63,811 bases of DNA. It comes from an uncultured Gammaproteobacteria bacterium (lineage in GTDB: Bacteria; Patescibacteriota; Microgenomatia; Levybacterales; UBA12049). Below are positions 8,838 through 16,713 of the stretch, in pieces. The translations under genes were made by a program, and so were the position numbers. A model generated the notes under the pieces. It ran no database searches. It was not told where the DNA came from and worked only from the letters and a program-made list of their open reading frames with translations. The stretch is from assembly GCA_964416445.1 (NCBI GenBank), contig CAYQEE010000001.1, positions 1 to 63,811 of the forward strand. Direction: 5' to 3'. How positions within the stretch are numbered: position 1 is the first letter of the stretch; the number at the start of each line of letters is the position of its first letter.

Positions 8838-9877
8838 GGCTGAATATTTTCTACAGACACTAAATTGTTATACGTTATTTGACTTACTTGAGAATTAAAA
8901 ATCTTTGTCATAAGCTGTGCTGAACTGGTAGCATTACCGATGACAATACTTTGTCCATCTGTTGAATAGCCAATCCGCGAATATACTGGTGGAGAAAGGG
9001 TATATTGATTTTCTGTTATAGCATGTTTATTTGTTACATAAAATGCACCAATTTGTATTGCGGATAGTGATGTTAGATCTGTTTTTACTTGTCCCGTAAG
9101 ACTAGAAAATATTTGCGGAATTGTTAATAATGAACTTTTCGATGAAAGAAGTGTTTGTTTCAGAGTTAATAATAATTGACGTTGACGTTGTGTACGTCCG
9201 AAATCTCCTATTAAATCTTCGTGACGAGATCTGACGTATTGTAAAGCTTCTTCACCATTCATATGTTGGAAGCCTGGCTGAATGTCTAGACGTTGGTATC
9301 CATATGGATTAGAACTATTAATATCCGTAGGATATGAGTTATCAAGGACAGGATGAACGACTTGCAAATTTACACCACCTAAGGCATCAATGCTTTTAAT
9401 AAATCCATAGAGACCAACCCATGCGTAATGATCAATTGGAATTCCGAATGTTTGTTGCACAACAGCAATAGCTGAGGGAATACCTTCATATTCCGCAGCT
9501 TGATCTATTTTCCCAAAAGTTGTTCTCCCAGGCATTCTTACCCATAAGTCACGTGGTATAGAAAACATATCAATTTCTTTTGTGTCGTAATTTATATGAA
9601 CTACCATCATCGTTTGTGTGAGCGGATTTCCGCTAAATTTTTGGTCGTTATCGCTTCCGAGTAATAAAATGTTCGATTGATTCGTGAGACTAGGTAATGG
9701 TTGTGCCTTGGCAGGAGGTGTTTTTATGACAACTTTTTGCCCGGTACTTGAAAAGATAAATGCTTGGATTTGGATAAGAATGTAGATGCCATAACCGAGT
9801 GCAAAAAAAACTCCAATACTGATAAAACAAACAAGTATTCGAAGTAAAATCAGTTTGTGTTTTGGCTTTTCTCTCAT
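8834..9877 (-). CDS. LytR-CpsA-Psr (LCP) family glycopolymer-to-peptidoglycan phosphotransferase
   Basis: N-terminal TM helix, then LCP core motifs: NILLLGSDND......TQTMMVVHINYDTKEIDMFSIPRDLWV, YVRSRHED..GDFGRTQRQRQLL. Confidence 0.88.
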   Translation of the reverse strand: MREKPKHKLILLRILVCFISIGVFFALGYGIYILIQIQAFIFSSTGQKVVIKTPPAKAQPLPSLTNQSNILLLGSDNDQKFSGNPLTQTMMVVHINYDTKEIDMFSIPRDLWVRMPGRTTFGKIDQAAEYEGIPSAIAVVQQTFGIPIDHYAWVGLYGFIKSIDALGGVNLQVVHPVLDNSYPTDINSSNPYGYQRLDIQPGFQHMNGEEALQYVRSRHEDLIGDFGRTQRQRQLLLTLKQTLLSSKSSLLTIPQIFSSLTGQVKTDLTSLSAIQIGAFYVTNKHAITENQYTLSPPVYSRIGYSTDGQSIVIGNATSSAQLMTKIFNSQVSQITYNNLVSVENIQP

Positions 9878-9889
9878 ACCGTTTCATGT

Positions 9890-9898
9890 ATTATAACA
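9890..9898 (-). promoter_or_regulatory. Extended -10 promoter (TGTTATAAT on minus strand) for the LCP/PD40 operon
   Basis: Reverse complement of 9890-9898 is TGTTATAAT; 12 nt lie between the -10 and the ATG at 9877, so the 5' UTR would be only ~5-6 nt, with no SD. Confidence 0.45.
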
Positions 9899-9929
9899 AG
9901 CAATTCTGAAAGATACCTGGTTTTTTTTC

Positions 9930-9938
9930 TGTTATAAT
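9930..9938 (+). promoter_or_regulatory. Extended -10 promoter (TGTTATAAT) for the ABC-2 operon; near-leaderless
   Basis: TGTTATAAT at 9930-9938, then 8 nt (TATTTCTC), then ATG at 9947; no SD. Same 9-mer as the divergent promoter at 9890-9898. Confidence 0.5.
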
Positions 9939-9946
9939 TATTTCTC

Positions 9947-10762
9947 ATGGAGAACGTATCAACTAAAAAATTAGCTATTGAAGTAAAACATTTAATCAAA
10001 AAATTTAAAGATTTTATTGCAGTAAATGATATTAGTTTTATTGTACCTGCAGGAGAAATATTTGCTTTTTTAGGACCTAATGGGGCCGGTAAAACGACGA
10101 CAATTAAGATGTTAACAACATTACTCAAACCGACAGCAGGGGAAATTATCATAAATGGTTTTAATGCAGTTTCTGAACAGGACGAAGCTCGAGCATCGTT
10201 TGGCATTGTTTTTCAAGATCCTAGTTTAGAGGATGAGTTGACTGCATATGAAAATATGGAATTTCATGCTGTTTTATATAATCTTCCAAAAAAGACGAGG
10301 GAAAAAAGAATACGGGAATTGTTAACATTTGTTGAATTATGGGAGAGACGTAATAGCTTGGCAAAAACATTTTCAGGTGGTATGAAGCGCCGGTTAGAAA
10401 TAGCTCGTGGACTGCTCCATTATCCCAAAATATTTTTTCTCGATGAGCCAACGAGTGGACTTGATCCTCAAACAAGAAATCATATATGGAATTATATAAA
10501 AAATTTGAGCGCAAAAGAAGGGATAACTATTTTTTTTACTACCCATTATTTGGAAGAAGCACAAGAGTCCGCCGATCGAATTGCTATCATGGATCATGGT
10601 ACAGTAGTGACGGAAGGGACATTACAAAATTTACTTAAAAAAACGAATACAACGTCACTTGAACAGGCTTTCCTAGCACTAACGGGTAATGAAATAAGAG
10701 ATGAAGATGCGAATCCAATTGAAAATTTGAAACGAATGAGACAAATGAAAGGTTTACGCTAA
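9947..10762 (+). CDS. ABC transporter ATP-binding protein (ABC-2/DrrA-type exporter subunit)
   Basis: Walker A GPNGAGKTTT, signature FSGGMKRRLEIA, Walker B FFLDEPTSGLDP, H-loop TTHYLEEA. Confidence 0.95.
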   Translation: MENVSTKKLAIEVKHLIKKFKDFIAVNDISFIVPAGEIFAFLGPNGAGKTTTIKMLTTLLKPTAGEIIINGFNAVSEQDEARASFGIVFQDPSLEDELTAYENMEFHAVLYNLPKKTREKRIRELLTFVELWERRNSLAKTFSGGMKRRLEIARGLLHYPKIFFLDEPTSGLDPQTRNHIWNYIKNLSAKEGITIFFTTHYLEEAQESADRIAIMDHGTVVTEGTLQNLLKKTNTTSLEQAFLALTGNEIRDEDANPIENLKRMRQMKGLR

Positions 10763-10763
10763 C

Positions 10764-11507
10764 ATGAACGCAGTATATATACTTTGGCTTCGCGAATTAA
10801 AACGATACTTTCGCTCACGAACTCGTATCATTGGGTCTTTAGGCCAGCCATTGTTATTCTTGCTTGCTTTAGGATTTGGACTTGGGCCGGTTTTTCAAAA
10901 GGCTGGACAGGGGAATTATTTTCAATTTTTAGCTCCCGGAGTAATTTCTATGGGCATTCTTTTTACTGCAATTTTTGCAGGGATTCAAGTTATTTGGGAT
11001 AAACAATTCGGTTTTTTAAAAGAAACGCTAGTTGCTCCTGTTCCGCGTATTAATATTATGTTAGGGAAAACGTTGGGCGGGGCTACTATTGCTACTATTC
11101 AAGGAATTGTTGTTTTTATCTTAGCTTGTATTTTTGGGTTTCGACCGCAACTTACGTTTCTTCCGCTTACCCTGTTATTTATGATTCTTATCGCGATTTT
11201 ATTTACTGGTCTTGGCATATCAATAGCCTCAATGCTTGAAGATATTAATGGATTTCAAATTATTATGAACTTTCTGGTACAACCATTGTTCTTTTTATCT
11301 GGAGCATTGTTTCCATTAAAAAATTTACCAAGTGTGATTAGCACGATTACTATGATTGATCCCTTAACTTACGGAGTTGATGGAATTCGTACGACGTTAA
11401 CTGGTATCAGTCATTTTGGTATTCTATTTGATTTATTTATTTTAACTCTCTTAATGCTCATTATTGTTGGTATCGGTAGTTATCTTTTTTCTAAAATCCA
11501 AATTTGA
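10764..11507 (+). CDS. ABC-2 type transporter permease
   Basis: About six predicted TM helices, ~247 aa, starts 1 nt after the ATPase stop; typical ABC-2 N-terminus (LRELKRYFRSRTRIIGSLGQPLLFLLALGFG). Confidence 0.9.
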   Translation: MNAVYILWLRELKRYFRSRTRIIGSLGQPLLFLLALGFGLGPVFQKAGQGNYFQFLAPGVISMGILFTAIFAGIQVIWDKQFGFLKETLVAPVPRINIMLGKTLGGATIATIQGIVVFILACIFGFRPQLTFLPLTLLFMILIAILFTGLGISIASMLEDINGFQIIMNFLVQPLFFLSGALFPLKNLPSVISTITMIDPLTYGVDGIRTTLTGISHFGILFDLFILTLLMLIIVGIGSYLFSKIQI

Positions 11508-11513
11508 AGTTAT

Positions 11514-11542
11514 TTGTTTTACCCAGCCTTTTCTAGTATAAT
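11514..11542 (+). promoter_or_regulatory. Sigma70-like promoter TTGTTT-N17-TATAAT, 6 nt upstream of the GTG start (leaderless candidate)
   Basis: -35 TTGTTT 11514-11519, 17-nt spacer, -10 TATAAT 11537-11542, then TTTCCT, then GTG at 11549; no SD. Confidence 0.5.
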
Positions 11543-11548
11543 TTTCCT

Positions 11549-12313
11549 GTGAAAGAACCGCTTCTCTCTGTTGTAATTCCTTGTTTTGATGAGATAGCAA
11601 ATCTTCAAAAGGGTGTGCTCGATAAAGTGATCCATTATTTAGAGAGAAGAAATTATTCGTATGAAGTAATCGTAGTTGATGATGGTTCTCATGATGGGAG
11701 TATCGCATTTCTTAAAAAATTTGTTAAAGAGAATCCTCATTGTAAATTAATCGAAAATAGCCATCTCGGTAAAGCAGGAGCAGTAACTACCGGTATGTTA
11801 CAGGCCAGTGGTATCTATACCTTATTTACCGATATGGACCAAGCAACGCCAATTGAGGAAATAGAGAAATTACTTCCTTACTTTGAAAAAGGTTTTGATG
11901 TTGTTATTGGTTCTCGGAGTGATAAACGAAAGGGTGCACCTTGGACACGATTGATTATATCAAAAGGAATGATTGTGTTTCGCAAAGTTATTGTTGGGTT
12001 ACCGAATATAACTGACACGCAATGCGGATTTAAAATGTTTCGAAACGAAGCCTCTCAAAAACTTTTTAAGAAAATGTACAATCTGCATCATGGATTTGCC
12101 CATATATCAGGTTCAGCAGTCACTGCAGGATTTGATGTAGAACTTTTAATAATTGCGAAAATAATGGGTTATAAAATTAAAGAAGTTCCTGTTTCATGGC
12201 TGTTTGTAGAAACTCGGAGAGTAAATCTAATAAAGGACTCAATAGATGGACTCATTTATTTGTTGAAAATAAGACAAAATAAGTTAGCGGGGAAATATAA
12301 AAACGATATATGA
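11549..12313 (+). CDS. GT2 glycosyltransferase, DPM1/CsbB-like polyprenyl-phosphate sugar synthase
   Basis: LSVVIPCFDE, VIVVDDGSHDGS, DxD region FTDMDQATP, QCGFKMF; short (~254 aa) single-domain GT-A as in dolichyl/undecaprenyl-phosphate glycosyltransferases. Confidence 0.85.
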   Translation: MKEPLLSVVIPCFDEIANLQKGVLDKVIHYLERRNYSYEVIVVDDGSHDGSIAFLKKFVKENPHCKLIENSHLGKAGAVTTGMLQASGIYTLFTDMDQATPIEEIEKLLPYFEKGFDVVIGSRSDKRKGAPWTRLIISKGMIVFRKVIVGLPNITDTQCGFKMFRNEASQKLFKKMYNLHHGFAHISGSAVTAGFDVELLIIAKIMGYKIKEVPVSWLFVETRRVNLIKDSIDGLIYLLKIRQNKLAGKYKNDI

Positions 12314-13494
12314 AAAAGATAACAATCATTTCGTTTTTATATATCGTAATTATTCTTTTCCTTTTCTTTTATTCATACTCCCAAGTAGATTTAAGTTTGA
12401 CTCTTTCTCGTGCTTCAGTATTCCAATATGTTGAAAAATTATTCCAATACGTTGGCTATTTTAATCGTCCATTATCATCAGTATTTTATATTCTCTTGTT
12501 ACTCTTCCTCTATGGATTTTATATAGTTTTTCTCATTCTTGCGGATAAAAAAGTCATATCGTTGAAATTCTTATGGACTATTATTATTCTTACCGCCGGT
12601 ATTCTAACATTTTCTTATAATGCATTCTCCTATGATCTTTTTAACTATATTTTTGACGCAAAAATAGTTACTCATTATCATGTAAATCCTTATTTTTATA
12701 GAGCCTTAGATTTTCCCCATGATCCAATGCTTTCATTTATGCATTGGACACAGCGGACCTATCCGTATGGTCCACTGTGGCTATTTTTGACAGTGCCGCT
12801 TTCATTTATTGGATTCCAATACTTTTTAGTAACATTCTTTTTATTTAAAACATTTATCGCACTATGTTATGTCGGATGTGTCTATTTTTTATTGAAAATA
12901 TTACAAAGAATTAAACCATCAGAAGCGATGTTTGGAACTATGCTCTTTGCACTCAATCCGTTGGTTCTTATAGAAGCCTTAGTTTCCGCGCATAATGATA
13001 TTACTATGATGTTCTTTAGTATTCTTGCGCTATGGTATCTTCTTGAGAAGAAATCCTTCGTAAGCTATATGGCACTTCTTATTTCTGTTGGTACGAAATT
13101 TGCAACAGTTTTTCTTTTGCCAGTTTTTGTTTTTATTAGTTTTCTTTTTAGAAAAAATAAAAAAATCGATTGGCAATTTGTTTTTCTACTTTGCTCAATT
13201 TTTATGATTATTCCCATTATTCTTGCTTCCATGCGTACAAATTTCCAACCATGGTATTTGCTCTATGTTTTACCTTTCACTGCTCTTGTTGGCAAAAAAT
13301 ATTATGGAATTATTCCCTCTATAATAATGTCTTTCTTCTCGTTACTGCAATATGTTCCATTTCTCTATACAGGAAATTGGAACTCTCCCATTCCGTCAAT
13401 TTTATTTTGGTTGAATTTCTTGGGAATAATGCTTTCGGGACTCATTATGGCTTTCTATTTCCTTATAACAAAATTAGCCAAAAGAAACAAATAA
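12310..13494 (+). CDS. Polytopic membrane protein, DUF2029/MptB-like GT-C glycosyltransferase candidate
   Basis: About ten or more hydrophobic helices; loop motif AFSYDLFNYIFDAKIVTHYHVNPY and YPYGPLW resemble polyprenol-phosphate-mannose-dependent mannosyltransferase-like families; ATGA overlap with the GT2 gene. Confidence 0.6.
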   Translation: MKKITIISFLYIVIILFLFFYSYSQVDLSLTLSRASVFQYVEKLFQYVGYFNRPLSSVFYILLLLFLYGFYIVFLILADKKVISLKFLWTIIILTAGILTFSYNAFSYDLFNYIFDAKIVTHYHVNPYFYRALDFPHDPMLSFMHWTQRTYPYGPLWLFLTVPLSFIGFQYFLVTFFLFKTFIALCYVGCVYFLLKILQRIKPSEAMFGTMLFALNPLVLIEALVSAHNDITMMFFSILALWYLLEKKSFVSYMALLISVGTKFATVFLLPVFVFISFLFRKNKKIDWQFVFLLCSIFMIIPIILASMRTNFQPWYLLYVLPFTALVGKKYYGIIPSIIMSFFSLLQYVPFLYTGNWNSPIPSILFWLNFLGIMLSGLIMAFYFLITKLAKRNK

Positions 13495-13527
13495 AGGATA
13501 TCATGTTTGAGTTCCTTTCATTGGTAA

Positions 13528-13536
13528 TGCTACAAT
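13528..13536 (+). promoter_or_regulatory. Extended -10 (TGCTACAAT) 7 nt upstream of the ATG at 13544
   Basis: TGCTACAAT at 13528-13536, then AGAAGCA, then ATG; no SD. Confidence 0.4.
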
Positions 13537-13543
13537 AGAAGCA

Positions 13544-15064
13544 ATGAATCTTATGTTATTTATTAAGAAATATAGATTTGAAATATTTTTCAGTTTTATA
13601 TTCTTGATACTTTATTTTTTTCTCCGTTTTTATCATATCCTAAGTTTACCAATTTTTACTGACGAAGCGATCTATGTTCGATGGTCTGAAATTGCAAAGC
13701 AAGACGCGAATTGGCGATTTATATCGCTTACTGATGGAAAGCAACCAATGTTTGTATGGATCGCAATTTTATTTTTGCATGTGATACATGATCCGCTGCT
13801 TGCTGTTCGTCTCGTATCAGTATTTGCTGGTTTAGGAACAACTATTGGTTTGTTTTTTTTAGGAAGAGAATTATTTCAAAAAAGATGGATTGGACTTCTC
13901 TCATCAGCGTTGTATGTATTATTTCCCTTTGGACTTGTTTATGATCGGATGGCTATCTATGATAGTCTCGTTGCTATGTTTGCAGTATGGGGATGGTATG
14001 TAAGTATTCTTCTCGTACGGAAAGTGCGTTCTGATATTCCTTTTATATTAGGGCTTGTTCTTGGTGGTGGATTTTTAACGAAATCATCTAACTTTTTCAT
14101 TGGAGCCTTGCTTCCGGTTTCTTTGTTGCTCTTTGACTTTAAAAGGAAAGATGCTCGTTCTCGGTTTATTCAATGGATAGCGTATGCAATGCTTGCGATT
14201 GGTCTTGGAGTTCTCTATTATTCAGTCTTGCGGCTCTCTCCTTTCTATGCAATTATCTCTGAAAAAAATGCTATTTTTGTTTATCCGTTAAAAGAGTGGT
14301 TGCAACATCCTTTTGCTTTTTTTGAAGGGAATATTAAGGGACTTTTTGATTGGTTTATTACCTATGTGAAAATACCAATATTACTACTTATTCTTGGTTC
14401 ATTTTTCTTTATAAAAGAGCGATTACGAGAAAAGTTACTTGTACTCATTTGGTTTCTTGTACCTTTCTTATACCTTGCATTCTTTGGAAAAACGCTTTAC
14501 CCACGGTTTATTTTATTTATGACAGTGGGATTATTACCTTTAGCAGCATATACAATTTATAAAATACAGCTACTGGTTAAAAACATTTTTATTACAGGAT
14601 TTATTTTTTTGCTTCTTATGATTCCAAGTGTTCAGGCTGATTATTTTATTATTACAAATTTTGCGTATGCTCCGATACCAAAATCCGATTTAACACAATA
14701 TATCAATGATTGGCCTGCAGGGGGCGGTGTAAAAGAAGCTGTTGATTTTTTTCAACAGAAAGCACAACAGGGACATATTTATATTGGTACTGAAGGAACA
14801 TTTGGACTTATGCCTTATGGGCTGGAAATTTATTTAGTACAAAATCCAAATATAAAAATTCAAGGCATCTGGCCTATTCCTGATACTTTGCCAAAGTCAT
14901 TACTGGATGCAAGTAAAAAGATGCCGACCTATCTTCTTTTCTATCAACCATGTCCCTCATGTAGTGCGCCGGGAGAGGCGCCTAGCCAATGGCCATTAAC
15001 ATTAATTGCTCGGTATAAAAGGGGAATAGGGACTGCATACTTATCTATTTACCAAGTAAAATAA
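13544..15064 (+). CDS. ArnT/PMT-like (GT39/GT83-type) GT-C membrane glycosyltransferase
   Basis: Polytopic; first extracytoplasmic loop has LPIFTDEAIYVRW (acidic DE motif after TM1); large C-terminal soluble domain. Confidence 0.7.
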   Translation: MNLMLFIKKYRFEIFFSFIFLILYFFLRFYHILSLPIFTDEAIYVRWSEIAKQDANWRFISLTDGKQPMFVWIAILFLHVIHDPLLAVRLVSVFAGLGTTIGLFFLGRELFQKRWIGLLSSALYVLFPFGLVYDRMAIYDSLVAMFAVWGWYVSILLVRKVRSDIPFILGLVLGGGFLTKSSNFFIGALLPVSLLLFDFKRKDARSRFIQWIAYAMLAIGLGVLYYSVLRLSPFYAIISEKNAIFVYPLKEWLQHPFAFFEGNIKGLFDWFITYVKIPILLLILGSFFFIKERLREKLLVLIWFLVPFLYLAFFGKTLYPRFILFMTVGLLPLAAYTIYKIQLLVKNIFITGFIFLLLMIPSVQADYFIITNFAYAPIPKSDLTQYINDWPAGGGVKEAVDFFQQKAQQGHIYIGTEGTFGLMPYGLEIYLVQNPNIKIQGIWPIPDTLPKSLLDASKKMPTYLLFYQPCPSCSAPGEAPSQWPLTLIARYKRGIGTAYLSIYQVK

Positions 15065-16713
15065 TGAAGCATTTGTTCACTTATTATCTTCTTCTTATTA
15101 TTATCTCTTGTTTACCACTTGTTGGTATTTTTTCAACAAGTGAATTGTTGCATACGCACGATGGTTCAGCTCACCTAGCTCGAATCCCTGCATATTATAA
15201 AGCGATTCGTGATGGGGAATTTCCGGTACGTTGGGCAGGTGATCTTAATTTTGGTTATGGTATGCCTTTGTTTGATTTTATGTATCAAGTTCCGTATGCC
15301 ATTGCTACTTTTTTGATAACTATTGGATTCCATTTAGTAACAGCATATAAAATAACGCTTGCAGCAAGTTATCTCTTGGCTGGTATTACAATGTTTGCTT
15401 TCGCTTATGAATTCTTCGAAGATAAGAGAAAAGCTTTATGGGTAACGATATTTTATCAATTTGCTCCGTTTCGACTGATTGAATTATTAGTCCGAGGTGC
15501 TCTTGGGGAAGTGTATACGTATGCTTTTTTCCCCTTAGTTTTGTTTGGAATGATAAAACTTTGGAAAAGACCTACGTACGGAAATTTCTTTCTTACCGTT
15601 TTTGCATCTGCTCTGCTTATTCTATCTCATAATGCATTAAGTCTCGTATTTTTTGGAATTTGTGTAGGATTTCTTCTCTTATTTGGATTTACTAAAAAAA
15701 ACGTATTGCTTTCAGGATGTGCATTAGGTATGGGACTCATGATGACTTCATTTTATTGGTTACCTGCAATTTTTGAGCATAAATATACGTACGGCGATTT
15801 ATTTATGCAAAATTTGTATTTGCAACATTTCCCACCAATGCAAAATTTTTTTATTCCTAATTTTTTTAATCTACCTGCATTACAAACGAAGGGAATATCT
15901 GTGCAACTTGGATTATTTCATAGTATTACGATTCTACTGGCAATTATTATGCTATTTATGAAAAAAACAAAAAGAATAATTTCAACAAAACTTGTGGTTG
16001 CATCACTTTGTTTTTTGGTTATTCTTTTTTATTTTATGCAGCCAATATCGATAGGTTTTTGGGCACATAGTGCTTTATTACGTCAATTCCAATTTTCGTG
16101 GAGACTTCTTGGAATAGTCGCTTTTTTTACTTCCATGCTTTCAATTTGTTATTTTATATTTCCTTTTATGAAGAAACAATGGATGTATATTACCGTATTA
16201 TGCTTAGTTATAGGATCGACAGCATTTTATTGGATTCCACCGTTAGGGTATAACAAAGTCGATGAATCGTATTACTGGAATTTTCCTTTAACATCGACCT
16301 ATTTTGGAGAAACTGATGTAATTTGGTCAGCAGGTCCAGCGAAATCATATCCAAAACAGCGAGTAGAATTTATTAGTGGGGGAGGTGCAATATCACATTT
16401 TTCTAAAAAAACACAAACACAACGTTTTATTGTCAGTGCAAATGAACAATCACAGCTTGTTGATCATATTGAGTATTTCCCTGGATGGAGAGCATATGTG
16501 AATAACCATAATGTCCCAATACAATTTCAAGATCCAAATTGGCGCGGGCAATTAATATTTTCTGTACCGAAAGGAATAAGTTCAGTTGTCGTTTCATTTG
16601 GAGAAACGCCTCTTCGATTTATTACCGATATACTTTCAGTAATCGCGGTTATTATACTTTTGCTCCTCTGGTTATTTCGTAATCATTTTTTCTATGAAAA
16701 TAAAAAAAACTAG
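15064..16713 (+). CDS. 'PTPS-related' family polytopic membrane protein (GT-C-like, uncharacterised)
   Basis: N-terminal motif LHTHDGSAHLARIPAYYKAIRDGEFPVRWAGDLNFGYGMPLFDFMY, shared with 20732, 22248 and 63673; many TM helices; C-terminal YFPGW.AYV...VPKG module plus a terminal TM. Start overlaps the previous stop by 1 nt (TAATG). Confidence 0.65.
   Translation: MKHLFTYYLLLIIISCLPLVGIFSTSELLHTHDGSAHLARIPAYYKAIRDGEFPVRWAGDLNFGYGMPLFDFMYQVPYAIATFLITIGFHLVTAYKITLAASYLLAGITMFAFAYEFFEDKRKALWVTIFYQFAPFRLIELLVRGALGEVYTYAFFPLVLFGMIKLWKRPTYGNFFLTVFASALLILSHNALSLVFFGICVGFLLLFGFTKKNVLLSGCALGMGLMMTSFYWLPAIFEHKYTYGDLFMQNLYLQHFPPMQNFFIPNFFNLPALQTKGISVQLGLFHSITILLAIIMLFMKKTKRIISTKLVVASLCFLVILFYFMQPISIGFWAHSALLRQFQFSWRLLGIVAFFTSMLSICYFIFPFMKKQWMYITVLCLVIGSTAFYWIPPLGYNKVDESYYWNFPLTSTYFGETDVIWSAGPAKSYPKQRVEFISGGGAISHFSKKTQTQRFIVSANEQSQLVDHIEYFPGWRAYVNNHNVPIQFQDPNWRGQLIFSVPKGISSVVVSFGETPLRFITDILSVIAVIILLLLWLFRNHFFYENKKN

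Noticed and set aside
9690-9887. 65-aa minus-strand ORF overlapping the LCP gene start
   Set aside because: It is in a different frame from the LCP ORF, which has strong family motifs, and its translation is implausible.
13170-13538. 122-aa alternative-frame ORF at the end of the 12310 membrane protein gene
   Set aside because: It overlaps a coherent TM-rich ORF in another frame, and its region 13495-13538 is better explained as the promoter spacer for 13544.
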